The position numbers and the translations under genes were made by a program. A stretch of 63,869 nt of DNA, the filler included, from Reclinomonas americana ATCC 50394 (Eukaryota), in the NCBI GenBank assembly GCA_048213135.1. It is 6 parts of 5 records of this genome, joined end to end, with 100 filler letters (N's around TTAATTAATTAA, not from the genome) between each part and the next. Parts side by side here need not be neighbours in the genome. Positions count along the whole stretch, not along the records: positions 1 to 17,930 come from PS015334.1; positions 18,031 to 45,272 come from PS015334.1; 4 more parts are not named here. The stretch is one strand, 5' to 3'. The notes under the pieces were generated by a model, which made no database searches, was not told the DNA's origin, and saw only the letters and a list, made by a program, of their open reading frames with translations. Positions 11,130 to 24,218 of the stretch are shown here, piece by piece; position 1 is the first letter of the stretch, and the number at the start of each line of letters is the position of its first letter.

Positions 11130-13875
11130 ACCGAGGCCGCTGTGCAGCGGCGTGCTAGCAGCCTCCTCCTCTCGCTGCTTCTCCTCCTCCGCCACCTCCT
11201 TGCGCATCTTGGTCACCACATCCTGCAGGAGAGACTTCAGCCACAAACAGCGCAGTGATCGACTCCATACAAAGAAAAAAACACAGCACAAACCAGCATC
11301 TCCAACAGCTGGCTTCGTAGCGTCTCGTTGGAATCGGTGAGCAGCTCAATCATGGTCGTCTTGTCCTGGTCACTAAAGGCGATCTTCTCATACTCGTAGC
11401 GCGTCTGCTTGATGGCCTGTGATTGCGCGATGCATCGCGAGTGAGTGGACGATCGACAGACATAGAGATGCACTGCAGCTTCACCTCCTCCAATCGAGCA
11501 TTCTCCGCCTCGATTTCCTTGACGCGCTCCAACTGGCCCTTCATGTCGGCAATCTCCTCCCTCAACAACTCCTTCTCCTCCTGCTCGCTCGTCACTTGAT
11601 CCTTCAGCTCCGTCACCTCCTCTGCGCGACGTCTATAAGCCATCTCAAAGAAAGAGAGCGAGAGAGAGAATGAAAAATGCTGCATGTGAACGCACCACGC
11701 AGGTTGACGAGCTCCTCACTCGAGGCACCCGTCAAACCGAGATGCGCCACGTCGCCGACACCGAGACCCCTGATAATGTCGGTGAGGCGAGCAATCTCGG
11801 CCTCGGCCTTTTGCAACATGAGCGACAGCTGCTGGACAGTGAGCTCCTTGTTTACACGAGGCTTGTTGCGGATTTGCTTGGCACTGTACACAGATTGCGT
11901 GAGTGAGTAGAGTGACACGGTGCGCGCGTGTGCGCGGCACATGCTCGCTTCGTCACGCACCGCTCGCCGAATCTCAGCGTGTTGAGTGTTTCCTGATCAT
12001 TCCAGCTACTGCATGAGCAGTTGATGATCAGAGCGGTTTGCGAGTTGCCGCCCAGTGAGTCCGTGAGCAGACGAGTCAGCTTCGAATCACGGTACGGAAT
12101 GTGGCTGCGGTCGCCCGGGCGCTTGGGCTTGGTGAGCGCCTGAATGACGATACCGAGCTGTGTCAACGACTTGTTGATCTGCTTGGCCTCCTCCAGCTGC
12201 TGGCCCTGTGCACCAGTTTTGCCGACCTGCGCAACACGGGTGGCGATCAGTGATACAGCGTGACGAAGACAAGAGAGAGAGAGGCAGAGTGGGACCACGA
12301 ACTCTCTCGGAACCGGCCAAATCCACAAGATGCAGCTTGGACGTCTTGCGCTCGTCGCTCTCATTGTCGGTCGATGTGAGCGAGATGATGAAAATCGAGT
12401 GCGAGCGCGACGAGTCCAAGTTCATGTCTGCAATATACCGTCAGAACACAAGCATCATCACAGGAGACGAGCAACAGCATCGCAACTGGTCGACGCCACC
12501 ACACGATTGGCGGCACCATCGCGCAGCAGCATGAAGATCTCCTCCTCCTCCAGCACAGGCTCCACACGTGCGCCCTTGACATACATGGAGTGCGTGGGAG
12601 TCTCGTGGATGGTCAGATTTTGGCGAGTGGCTGCGACGCGCACACGCACAAGTCAGTATGTGGAAGCTACAGCCGATGCCACAGCGCTGCGCAACGATCA
12701 AGCAAATCACGGAGGCGCTCCAAGTAGATTTCCACATACGACACCGTCAGTTGGAACTCCATCGACGCCGGTGCATTGGCAATCTCGCTGAAAATGGCCT
12801 CCGCAATGCGTGGAATGAGACCCTTGAGTACGGGGTCGTCGCAGTAACCCTGCAGAGTGACGATACAGAGGAGTGAGAAGACAGCAGGTGTACGGCCGAG
12901 AGGTGGTGGAGCACGCAACTCGCAGATCATCGGTATTCGGTCCCATCATGGTGAACGTCTTGCCAGAGCCCGTCTGGCCGTACGCAAAGATGGTGGCATT
13001 GTAGCCCTCGAAGATGGCTGTGTGAGCACCAGCGACCGCGTCAGCAAAATCAATCACCACAACAACAAACGCGGACAAGTGGAGGCGGTGCGCACCATTC
13101 ACGGCAGGCGCGCCGACGGCCTCGTACAACTTCAACTGGTCCGTCTCGGGTGGAAACACACGATCAAAGGCGAACTTGTGCGTCGCCGAGTCTCGCATCT
13201 TACCACAGCAGCGTGAGCACAGACAGCATCACTCAGAGAAAACACGATGGGANNNNNNNNNNNNNNNNNNNNNNNNNNNNNNNNNNNNNNNNNNNNNNNN
13301 NNNNNNNNNNNNNNNNNNNNNNNNNNNNNNNNNNNNNNNNNNNNNNNNNNNNNNNNNNNNNNNNNNNNNNNNNNNNNNNNNNNNNNNNNNNNNNNNNNNN
13401 NNNNNNNNNNNNNNNNNNNNNNNNNNNNNNNNNNNNNNNNNNNNNNNNNNNNNNNNNNNNNNNNNNNNNNNNNNNNNNNNNNNNNNNNNNNNNNNNNNNN
13501 NNNNNNNNNNNNNNNNNNNNNNNNNNNNNNNNNNNNNNNNNNNNNNNNNNNNNNNNNNNNNNNNNNNNNNNNNNNNNNNNNNNNNNNNNNNNNNNNNNNN
13601 NNNNNNNNNNNNNNNNNNNNNNNNNNNNNNNNNNNNNNGGCGCAACTCGAATGCGAATCTGATTGCGAACGTTCTCCCATCCAAAGTCAATGTTGCGTGA
13701 TCCGCCCTCCTCAATCTCGCGCGAGTTCTCGGGACGGAATCGACACACCACCTACCGCACACACACACACACAGTCACTCTCTTGTCACAACTCACATGT
13801 CGCACAGATAAGCGCACACGTGTATGTGCAATTCCTCGTTACCTTGATGTTGCTGCGATCACTTGAATCACCCAT
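11130..13875 (-). CDS. Kinesin-1 heavy chain-like motor; tail lost in gap
   Basis: [18 protein letters not shown]-loop [10 protein letters not shown], switch I NLDSSRSH, switch [23 protein letters not shown], kinesin-1-like neck RVNKELT, followed by coiled coil. Confidence 0.9.
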
Positions 13876-14569
13876 GTTCGTCAAATGTCACACAAACACG
13901 CGCTCACACAGAGAGGAAAACGAGGGACCTGCGAGCGACAACAGTCGAGCTCAGTTGAAGTCACTCAAAAGTGACCCGTTGGCACGAAAAATGTATTTCC
14001 AGCTCGCACACACAAGAGAACACAGAGAGAGGGCGAGAGAGGAGAGTGACACACACACACAGACAGGCAGCGCGTGTTGACGAGAGAGTGTGTGAGGGAG
14101 AGAGTGTGTGCATAAAAGTGCCATGGCCATCACTGGATCGACACGCGTGCACACAAGGAAACACACACATAGAGAGACAGCCGTGCCTCTCCTTCACACA
14201 TTGACAGCCTCCCTCTCTCTCGCACACTCACACAGACACACACGCGCACAAAGAGCGAATTTGAGACAACTCACCCTCCTGACAACTCTGCGCTCGCTGT
14301 ACCACGAGAGAGTGTGTGCGCGCACGTGGTATGAGTGCCACCACAGACAGAGAGTGAGAGAGACTGATGCGCGTGTGCGTGGACGAGCAAGTTGAGTGTG
14401 TGACAGTGTGATGACTCACAGTGACCGTTGCACGCAAATTGTCTTCTTGTGTGTGTGTCCGTGCGAGTGAGTGAGCGTGTGTGTGTGTGACCAAGTGTGT
14501 GTTGGCAGAGTGAGACTTGAGAGCAACAGAGAGAGAGAGAGAGAGTGAAAGAGTGACGCAAATTCGATC

Positions 14570-16430
14570 ATGAAGCTGAAGCGGTTCCTGTTGCGGTACT
14601 TCCCTCCAGGTGTGTGAGCGTCTCTCTCTATGTCTCTCTGTCTGTCTGTGTGTGCGTGTGTACCACCCCTGCGTGTGCGCACTTGCGTGTGTGTGTGTGT
14701 GTGAAGCAAGAGCCATGGCGGTCATGGTCGACTCGTCTCTCTCTTGGCCTTCCTCGTGTGCTCATTGTGCATATATACACACGCAGGCATCACAATGGAG
14801 TATGAACGATCCAATGGAGAATGTGTCACAAAAACAATTGATCTGCTGGGATTGACTGCCGAGTTGCGCATCAACACGAATAGAGTCACACAACTGCATG
14901 CATGTGCGAGAGAGACTGAGTGATCATGAGAGAGAGTGTGTGTGGATGTGAGTGTGCGAGAGACAACTGACTTGGTTTGCTTGGTGTTATATTTTGCATT
15001 GGGCAGTTCGGATCCCGATCAAGTCGCGGCACAGGTGGTGCGCGATGAGCAGATTGCGGAGAGTCGGCGGCCACAAGTCAGGAAGCTGGCTGTCAGTTGC
15101 GCGCGCGCGCTCTCTCTCTCTGTCTTTGCCTCCTTGCATGTCACTGACTTGTGCGTGCAGAGCTGGTGGAGAAGATGAGGAGTGATCCAACGCAAAAGTT
15201 TTACTTGTTCAAGATTCTGCGTGCGCACGTGCTGCCGCTGACCAACTGTGCATTCAACAAGATGGGTGATCGGTGAGTCGCGCGCATGCCCCGTTTGTTG
15301 TTGCTTGCATTCACCCACTCGCCACTCTTTTTCGTCATTGCAGTTTCATCACGGGATCGTACGATCGAACATGCCGTGTGTGGGACACCATGACGGGCGA
15401 GGAGCTGTTGACACTGGAGGGCCACAAGAACGTGGTGTATGCCATTGCATTCAACAATCCATTCGGCGACAAGATCATAACAGGCTCGTTCGACAAGACT
15501 TGCAAGCTGTGGGACTCGCGGTCAGGCGAGAATTTTTACACCTTCCGCGGCCACACGGCCGAGATTGTGTGCCTCTCGTTCAATCCACAATCCACCACCA
15601 TTGCCACGGGAAGCATGGACAACACGGCCAAATTGTGGGACGTGGAGACCGGTGTCGACCTGCAAACATTGCTGGTGAGAGACATCATATTAATCGTTGT
15701 CAGCAATGTGTGCTCACTCGCTGCTGCAGGGCCACACGGCCGAGATTGTCAGTCTAAACTTCAACACGGAAGGCAACATGGTGATCACCGGCTCGTTCGA
15801 CCACAGCTCCAAACTGTGGGACGTGCGCACTGGCCGCTGCGTGCACACGCTGAGTGGCCACCGTGGCGAGATCTCGTCCACGCAATTCAACTTTACCGGC
15901 GACTGCTGCATCTCCGGCTCCATCGACCGGACGTGCAAGATATGGAGTCTCAAGACGGGCACTTGTGCCTTCACACTGAGGTTTCGTCGACCCTCCTTCT
16001 TCTTCATCCTCCTCCTCGCGCCTTGTTACTGACGACATGCGTATGCACATGAAGGGGTCACAATGATGAAGTCCTTGATGTGACGTACAACTGCTCGGGA
16101 TCTCGCATTCTGACGGCCAGTGCCGACGCCACGGCGCGCGTCTACAATGCACACACGGGCGAATGGGAGGTGACGTTGACANNNNNNNNNNNNNNNNNNN
16201 NNNNGGGCCACAAGGGCGAAATCTCCAAGTGTGCCTTCAATCCACAAGGCACCAAGGCCATCACCGCCAGCAGCGACCGAACGTGTCGCGTGTGGAGCAC
16301 CGAGAGCGGCGACCTGCTGCAGACACTGGACGGGCACACCGACGAGATCTTCTCGTGCGCCTTCAACTACGAAGGCGACACGGTCATCACCGGCAGCAAG
16401 GACAACACGTGCCGTATCTGGAAGAGCTAG
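14570..16430 (+). CDS. DAW1: Dynein assembly factor with WD repeats (DAW1/ODA16/WDR69)
   Basis: [95 protein letters not shown]. Confidence 0.95.
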
Positions 16431-16565
16431 AGAGGTGGTGATCGCAGCGAAAATCGGCGTGGTACATGTCTGTGTGTGTGTAAGCAAAAAAAGGGAGAAA
16501 AAGGAAGCGTGACGAGTTGAGTGAAGGAACCCGACCGTCCCCTTCGTCCCTTTTGAAATCACACA

Positions 16566-19335
16566 ATGTCCAAGGGAGAAGAGGCCTTTGAGTTTGCCAA
16601 GTACGTCGGGTCGTCGACTCCAGGCGCGCCTCCTCCGCCCACCGGGGCCGACCTCGGCGGCAGTGCATCGGGGTCGGGCTCGGCGCCTGCGTCGTCCATG
16701 CCGCCCATGACCGACATCCTCCGTGTGCCTCCACAGGCGGCGGCCTCGGTCGGCGCCAGTGCCTCACACGATGATCGCGCCAAGGCTCGAGCGCGCAGTG
16801 AAGTCATGGCCCNNNNNNNNNNNNNNNNNNNNNNNNNNNNNNNNNNNNNNNNNNNNNNNNNNNNNNNNNNNNNNNNNNNNNNNNNNNNNNNNNNNNNNNN
16901 NNNNNNNNNNNNNNNNNNNNNNNNNNNNNNNNNNNNNNNNNNNNNNNNNNNNNNNNNNNNNNNNNNNNNNNNNNNNNNNNNNNNNNNNNNNNNNNNNNNN
17001 NNNNNNNNNNNNNNNNNNNNNNNNNNNNNNNNNNNNNNNNNNNNNNNNNNNNNNNNNNNNNNNNNNNNNNNNNNNNNNNNNNNNNNNNNNNNNNNNNNNN
17101 NNNNNNNNNNNNNNNNNNNNNNNNNNNNNNNNNNNNNNNNNNNNNNNNNNNNNNNNNNNNNNNNNNNNNNNNNNNNNNNNNNNNNNNNNNNNNNNNNNNN
17201 NNNNNNNNNNNNNNNNNNNNNNNNNNNNNNNNNNNNNNNNNNNNNNNNNNNNNNNNNNNNNNNNNNNGACAGTTCTATCCAGGCGAGTGCATGTGCATGT
17301 GTGTGTGTGCGTGTGCGTCGCTCACAGTGTGTGTGTGTGTGTGGTAGGCGAGTCGGAGGCGTTTGTCAGCTCGCAAGTGGAGAGCTTCCTCGGTGCTTTG
17401 CGGATTGATGATCCGGGTGAGGGGGGATCGTCGTCTGGGTCAAGACGACCACCTGTGCATGCAATGATGGGCGAGGGAGCGGGGCCGTCGGCTGCTGCGG
17501 ACTATGGAGAGAGTGCGTGGAGAGTGTGTGTGTGTGTGTGCGAGAGGAGAAGCTCATCTGTGTGCGACAGCGTTTGAGATTGGCGACGAGGAACTGTTGA
17601 TGATGGAGGAGGAGGCAGCGTTTGCTGATCAGCTGGAGCGAGTTTCGTTGTGGATTTCGACAGGCTGTGGATCGTGCTTCAGTTGCCTGATCGGTTTCCT
17701 TCCTCTTCCTCTGCTGCTGCTAGTACGTGAATCCGTCGGTGACTCGGGGATTGCCGGAGGAGTACTCGTTTGCGACACCGCCCGAGGAAAGGGAACGCAT
17801 CTTGACGGAGCATGGCGGGAATGCGGAGGCAGCGATGGAGGCGGGCACGGTGGCGTTCCGTGCGGGTGAGTATTTGCGTGCGGTGGCTTTGCTGGTGCGT
17901 CTATCCTCGCATGCATTCGCGTGGTGAGTTNNNNNNNNNNNNNNNNNNNNNNNNNNNNNNNNNNNNNNNNNNNNTTAATTAATTAANNNNNNNNNNNNNN
18001 NNNNNNNNNNNNNNNNNNNNNNNNNNNNNNCAGCTCGCGAAAAGTCGCGCACCGAGTTGCACACCACGCCCAGCATGTGGTACAACTCGGGATCCTCAGG
18101 GTTCGCCTCCAATGCCGCATCGATAATCCCCAACAACTCCTGTCGCGACGACTCGCCGCCGGACCGTGCCGCCAGTGCGTTGTACACTGGATGCCGCTCG
18201 AACCATTGTCGGAAGAATCTGTGCGCCTGCCCATCCGCATAACCACACACACACGCATGAGAACTCGCTACCTGCGCCAGCAGACTGCACTCGATGCTCA
18301 CCGCCGGACCCTCCATCTCATTCACACTCGACACACCCAACTCGAACAACGCCGACAGATTCATGGGATCGGCTTCCACCGCCCGCGCATATGCTGTTCT
18401 GGCTCGGAAGTCATCATCCGTCTCCGCATGCACCGCTCCCAGTGTGTACCACGCCATCGAGTTCTCCGGCGCATACTGCACCACCGTTTCCTGCATGCAC
18501 ACGATTGATTACTCACATGGNNNNNNNNNNNNNNNNNNNNNNNNNNNNNNNNNNNNNNNNNNNNNNNNNNNNNNNNNNNNNNNNNNNNNNNNNNNNNNNN
18601 NNNNNNNNNNNNNNNNNNNNNNNNNNNNNNNNNNNNNNNNNNNNNNNNNNNNNNNNNNNNNNNNNNNNNNNNNNNNNNNNNNNNNNNNNNNNNNNNNNNN
18701 NNNNNNNNNNNNNNNNNNNNNNNNNNNNNNNNNNNNNNNNNNNNNNNNNNNNNNNNNNNNNNCCGACGCGCTGGAGAAGGCCGTGCGGTACTCGCCCAAT
18801 TCGTACGTGTTGTGGAATCGTCTCGGTGCCACACGCACGAATGGCTTTGGTTCTGGCGACGCAGGTAACGCAGCGGGTGCTTGATTTCTTGCGTCTTGGT
18901 GGCTCATGGGGGGATGCTGCAGTCGTGGCATACCGCAACGCACTGCAAATCAAGAGTGGCTTCTGCCGCGGCTGGTCCAACCTCGGCATCGGCTACGTCT
19001 CGCAGCGCATGTACAAGGACGCCGCCAAGTGTTTCATGCGAGCACTAACGTGCGTACGAGAGCCCCTCGCGGCGTCAGCGCCAGGCAGTTGCTCACACCA
19101 CGCATTGCATGCAACGCAGATTGTACCCAAAGAGCTCTCACTTGTGGATGTACCTGTCGCTGGCGCTGAACAACATGCGCCGCTTCGACTTGGTCCGCGA
19201 GGTTTGTCTCACCACCCACTGCTGCTGCTACTGTACTGTGCCAAAGCCTCACATGCCGGTCGGCGCACACAGATCGAGTCCATGGACCCGTCAAAATTCG
19301 CCAGCTTCGACTTGGACAAGGCGCCCGACTCGTGA
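16566..19335 (+). CDS. PEX5: PEX5-like PTS1 receptor (TPR); split by a linker, with contig 18031-18520 flipped
   Basis: AWYTLGAVHAETDDD..A, LGVSSVNE, LWNRLGATRTNG, AYRNALQIKSGFCRGWSNLGI; acidic low-complexity N-terminal half. Confidence 0.8.
17975..17986. other. Artificial six-frame-stop linker TTAATTAATTAA inside Ns (also 45317-45328, 55379-55390, 60253-60264, 62594-62605)
   Basis: Identical 12-mer flanked by N runs five times. Confidence 0.95.
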
Positions 19336-19516
19336 GCCTTCTGTTCATGGTTGCTGTTGTTGTTGTTTGCATGCGTCGCGTTGTTAGGGAGTAGAGAGAG
19401 CAAAGAGGGGAAAATGAAAACGGAACACGGAAAAGAAACTGACTACTTACGATGCCGCGTGTACGTGGCTTGACCGCCACGCGTCCCCTGTCCGACTCGT
19501 GTCACATTCATCATTC

Positions 19517-21124
19517 ATGAACGTGTTGAACATGGCTCGAGAGCACCGCCGCGTCACCTTTGTCATTGTCGTCGTCTGTGTGACGATTGTGCTGCTGACT
19601 GTGGCCACACGGAGCGGCGATGCAGCCGTAATGATGGGCAGAGCATCTACCTCTTCCACCTCCTCTTCCTCCTCCTCTTCGTCGGGGTCGGCCGCATCCC
19701 CCGAGTACCACGCAGACATGGCAATGATGGCTCCAGCTGCGCCTCCAATGCCCACAGAGGGCGGACCAGTGTTTGCCAAGAGGTGAGTGAGAGAGCGACA
19801 CAGAGAGGAATGAGATGTGCGAACTGACCCTTGCGTGTGATGAGCAGCCGCGCAGCCACAGCCAGCTTTGGTGAGCGACACGTCTGCATGCACGCTCACA
19901 CACACAGAGAGAGAGTCTCATTCATGTCAATCAGCTGCAACTGGGGGTGCTGCCAACAGCGCAGCGGGTTTCCGCGGTGACGTGCCACCGAGCAGCGACG
20001 CGGACAGTGTGAGCGAGGCGCTGCCGGACGGGAAGCGCATGATCCTTCTCGACGGCTACCTTCGCGTGTATGTCAACGATGTGCCGACGGCGGAGCGGCA
20101 ATTGCGGCAGCTGGTGGAGACCAAGGGAGGCCACGTGGCGAATCTGTTCACCTCGGTGCGGTGGTGTTGCCGGAGGAAGGGGGCTGCGGAGAGAGGGAGT
20201 TGCTGATAGCGTGTGTGTGTGTGCAGACTCCGCGATGGGACCACCCGCAGTTGCTGGACGTGGAGATGCATCTGCGTGTGCCGACCGAGATGTTCCTGCA
20301 GTATGTGGAAGAGTTGAGTTTAGCGTGTCGTCGATATACAGGGACTGCATTTACGTGCTGCTCATAACTATGGTGCAGCATCAAGTCCATGGCCACGTAC
20401 GTGTCGGAGATACAGCTGAACTCGCAGGATGTCAGCGAGGAGTACGTGGACGTTCACGCGCGCACGCAAGACATGGAGGCGTCGCGTGACTCGCTGCTGC
20501 GTCTCATGGAGCGTGCCACCGATGTCAATGATGTTGCGTGGCGTTCTGTTTGTGTGCGGATGCCTCGTGACTCACGCGCGACGAGCACAGATCCTGAACG
20601 TGCAGCGCGAGTTGCGGCAGATCACCAGCGAGCTCGAGTCGCTGAAGGTACGCTCGACTGCGTCGCTGTCGCATTGCAGTGTGTGCGCTCACTGTGCCTT
20701 GCAGGCTCGTCTGAATTATCTCTCGCGCTCTGCCACGCTGTCCAAGCTGCGCGTGTCGCTGTCGCTCGACCCCAGCAAGTACCCGCAGCAGGTGCAAGAG
20801 CCGCCAAAGCCGCCGCCGACATGGACACCGCTGGTGCCCATTCAAGCCGCGTTCAGGCTGCTGGGCGAGGTTCGTCCATTGCACGTCTTGTCTTGCCGTG
20901 GTTGCTGCACGTTGCTCATCTCCATCTTCTGCACTGCGTAGGTGCTATTCGCGATCACGAACGCACTCATCTTCGGGGTGGTGGTTGTGATTCCGGTGGC
21001 GCTGATCCTCGGCGGCGTGTATATGTGCCTGCGATGCTGCGGAGTCAGCTTCGACTCGCTGCGCAGCCACGGCCACGCATCCGCCCCCGTTCCCGAGAGT
21101 GTGCCGCTCATTCAGCGATCGTGA
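19517..21124 (+). CDS. DUF4349-domain membrane protein with 7 spliceosomal introns
   Basis: N-terminal hydrophobic anchor; RMILLDGYLRVYVNDV; QDVSEEYVDVHAR...LLRLMERATDVNDILNVQREL..ELESLKARLNYL; C-terminal TM helix. Confidence 0.8.
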
Positions 21125-21520
21125 GCGACAGAGTGGGGAAGCAGGAGGTCGTTTGGAAAGAGAAAAAACAAAAAGGGCGTTTCGTGTAATGTAAACCTGC
21201 AATCGCAATCTACAGCTGCATTCAATCAAAGGTGAGCGTGCGCCTGCACCCCCACCGTCTGCACTTGTCTGTTGGGGGTGGGCCCATGGTCGTCTGTGCC
21301 ACTCGTCTCTGCGTGCCTGGCAGCCTGTTGCAGCGCGGGAGTGGCGACATGTCCATCACCAACACGCCTAGTCATCGTCACTCACTCAAGCACGCACACA
21401 CGCACGCTCTCACTCTCACTGCAACCACACTCTGCACTCTCACACACACGTGTCTCTTTTATCCAACAAGGGTCCACATGCAACTGAATCTCTCTGATTT
21501 TCTCATCATGCATGCATGCA

Positions 21521-23969
21521 ATGTCACAGATGACTGAGACCGAGGCAACAACAACAGCGGTGGTGGCGACCGAGGATGAGCCCATGCCTGAGGGACCTCC
21601 ACGTCCTGTCTTTGCAGAGGACGCGGAAGCGGGTGACGACAGTCGCCGCGAGCGTCGCCATCGTCATCGCGGTGGCGAGGACGAGGATGGCGATGAGAGA
21701 AGACGGCGTCGACGGTCTGTGCATGCTCGACTTCGTTGCTACGTTTGTTTTTGCTGAAGTTCGACGCTCTGTGTGCGCAGATCGGCGTCGGGCTCTGGCT
21801 CTCCGTCCCGACGACACCGGCGACGCGATGACGACGACGAGGGAGACTCGAAGCGACGCAGCGAGCGTGAGAGGGACCGAGATCGCGAGCGACGAGACAG
21901 GGATCGAGAGCGCGACCGTGACCGTGACCGCGACCGTGATCGAGATCGAGATCGCGACTATCGCGACAGGGAAAGGGACCGTGACCGCGACCGTGACCGT
22001 GACCGTGACCGTGACAGAGATCGAGATTACCGCGATCGCGATCGAGACCGCGATCGTCGGGATCGTGGACGCGATGACTACGACCGGCGTGATCGCGACC
22101 GCCGTGGGCGTGACTACGACGACGACAGGCGACGACGTGAGAAGAGGTGTGCATGGTCGTCGTCACGTCACCCGATCTTGCCACTGATACTGACCACACG
22201 AAAATATCGCAGTCCACGAACTCGCGCCCCGTCGCCGCCACCCAAGCCCGATCCCACTGCCAACATGACGCCTGCAGGTGCGTGCGCTATATCTCACTTA
22301 TATGCTGCAGAGTGGGGCGTTGACGAAATGCCTTACAGAGAGAGAAGAGTACGAGAAGAACAAGTTGCAGCGCACGGTCCTCGTCTTCCAGCTGGCGCCG
22401 AATGCCGATGAGAATCACATTCGCCAGTTGTTCTCCAATGCTGGCATTGTGAATGAGGTGTGTGTGTGTATCACATGCACCTGCCGCCCACCCGCAACCA
22501 TCCTCACCCCGCTTGTGTGCCCGACGCCGCAGGTCCAACTGGTACGCGACAGAAAAACCAACAAGTCACGCTGCTTTGCCTATGTCGAGTATGCCGATGT
22601 GATGGGAGCCAGCAATGCTGTCATGCTAAACGGGACTCCCCTCCTCGGCAGCCCAGTTCTCGTGCGTTCCGATGTCGAGAAAACCATCAGCACCGACAAT
22701 GCCGCGTGAGTGCTGCACCACACGCCCATACGCCCGACTGCCACTCAGTGTTCTCATATTCTTTCCTCTTTTCTTCTGCATGCACAGCCGTCAGGCGCAG
22801 GCCATGCGTGCCGCGGTGATTCCAGGCCCGAATCTGGTGTACGTGTGCGGTCTGCACCCGAAACTGGTGGCTGACGATGTGCGTCGCATATTTGGAGTAA
22901 TTGGCTCCATTGTGTCGTTCCGTGCCATTCCCAGTCCAGTGCCCGACCGTGGTCTCGATCACTGCATCATCGAGTTGCGTCTCCAGTGCGGTAATGCGCG
23001 CTGTGACTTGCCTTGTCGTTGCTGAGGAACTCTCTTGCAGATATCGACGTCCGGAGGACGCGAGCATGGCGTTGGATGCGCTGAACAAGCGACCTGTGCT
23101 CGGCGTGGAAGTGCGTGACCGTCCCTCTGGCTGTTTTTCATTGTCCGTGTCGCTGACCTAATGAGCACTCGAAAATTGTAGTTGCGAGTGGGATACACGA
23201 GCGAAGACACGTCGGGGGCGGTGGATGACTCCGGTACCGGTGGTATGCACATGAGTGCGGCCGAGCGGCTGGCATTGATGCAGAAACTGGGTGCGGGGCG
23301 AATGGGTGGCGCGGCAGTGTTGCAAGCGCCGGCACCGGTCGTCAGCTACCAGGCTCCCGTTGCTGCATTCGCCTCGCCACCTTCGTGCAATCTGTTGCTG
23401 CGCAACATGTTTGATCCCACCAAGTTGCGTGCATTTGCTCATTTTTTTGGTTGAAGACGGGGGTGATTGCTGACTGTGCGACGCGCCAGGGAGGACGATC
23501 CGCACTTTGATGTGGAGATTCGCGACGATGTGATTTCGGAGTGTATCAAGTTTGGCAGTGTACTCCACGTGTTTGTGCACAAGGAGAGCAAGGTGAGCAC
23601 GGTGCCACGATCAGCAGTGTTTGTGGTCGGCGCTCTCTCACACACGTGCATTGTGTGTCTTCCCAGGCCGGTCTCGTACACATCAAGTTCGACTCGCCAG
23701 AGGCGGCAATGCGTGCCAAGCAGACGCTGCACGGGCGCTGGTTTGCCGGCAGTATGATCCAGGCCGACTTTGTCAGCGATGCGGATTATTTGCTGCTGTT
23801 GCGTGTTTCCTCCTGTTTTCCTCCCTTGAGAAGAGTGCGTGGGTAGTGACTGTTTCGTGAAATACACAGGTTCCCGCAGCTCGTCAACAAGACGCTGGTG
23901 CCGTTGCAGCCGGGTGCCGGACAGCCAATGGAGGAGGATCTCTCCAAGGCCACATTCGACGACGACTAA
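21521..23969 (+). CDS. RBM39: RBM39/CAPER (CC1-like) splicing factor: RD/RS region, two RRMs, UHM
   Basis: RD dipeptide tract; RTVLVFQL..VRDRKTNKSRCFAYVEY; ERLALMQKL; LLLRNMFDP..EDDPHFDVEIRDDVISEC.KFG..; LHGRWFAG. Confidence 0.88.
21866..22140 (+). repeat. Coding hexamer-like repeat (GACCGT/GATCGA) encoding an RD dipeptide tract
   Basis: Visible tandem gaccgt/gatcga units in frame in RBM39. Confidence 0.85.
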
Positions 23970-24218
23970 TTCAGGCGGATTATAGGAGGCCTTCTTGTTT
24001 GCTGGCGACACACCAAGAATAAAGAAAAAGGGTAAAATGCGGCTTTCCAGTCAGTCGACATCGTGTATTACATTGCGCCAATCGACTCGCGCACATTGAT
24101 CACCACCACAACCATCACCACCACCACTAGCCACTTGCGTCCTCTGTACACGCGTTCTAGGAAAGGAATAGGAGAAAAAAGTATGAAACAACAACAGCGT
24201 CAAGGAGAGAAAGAATAA

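Noticed and set aside
17975..17986. Recurrent TTAATTAATTAA palindrome
   Set aside because: Artificial stop-in-all-frames linker inside Ns.
21866..22140. Short tandem repeats as a possible CRISPR-like array
   Set aside because: No spacers; it encodes the RD tract of RBM39.
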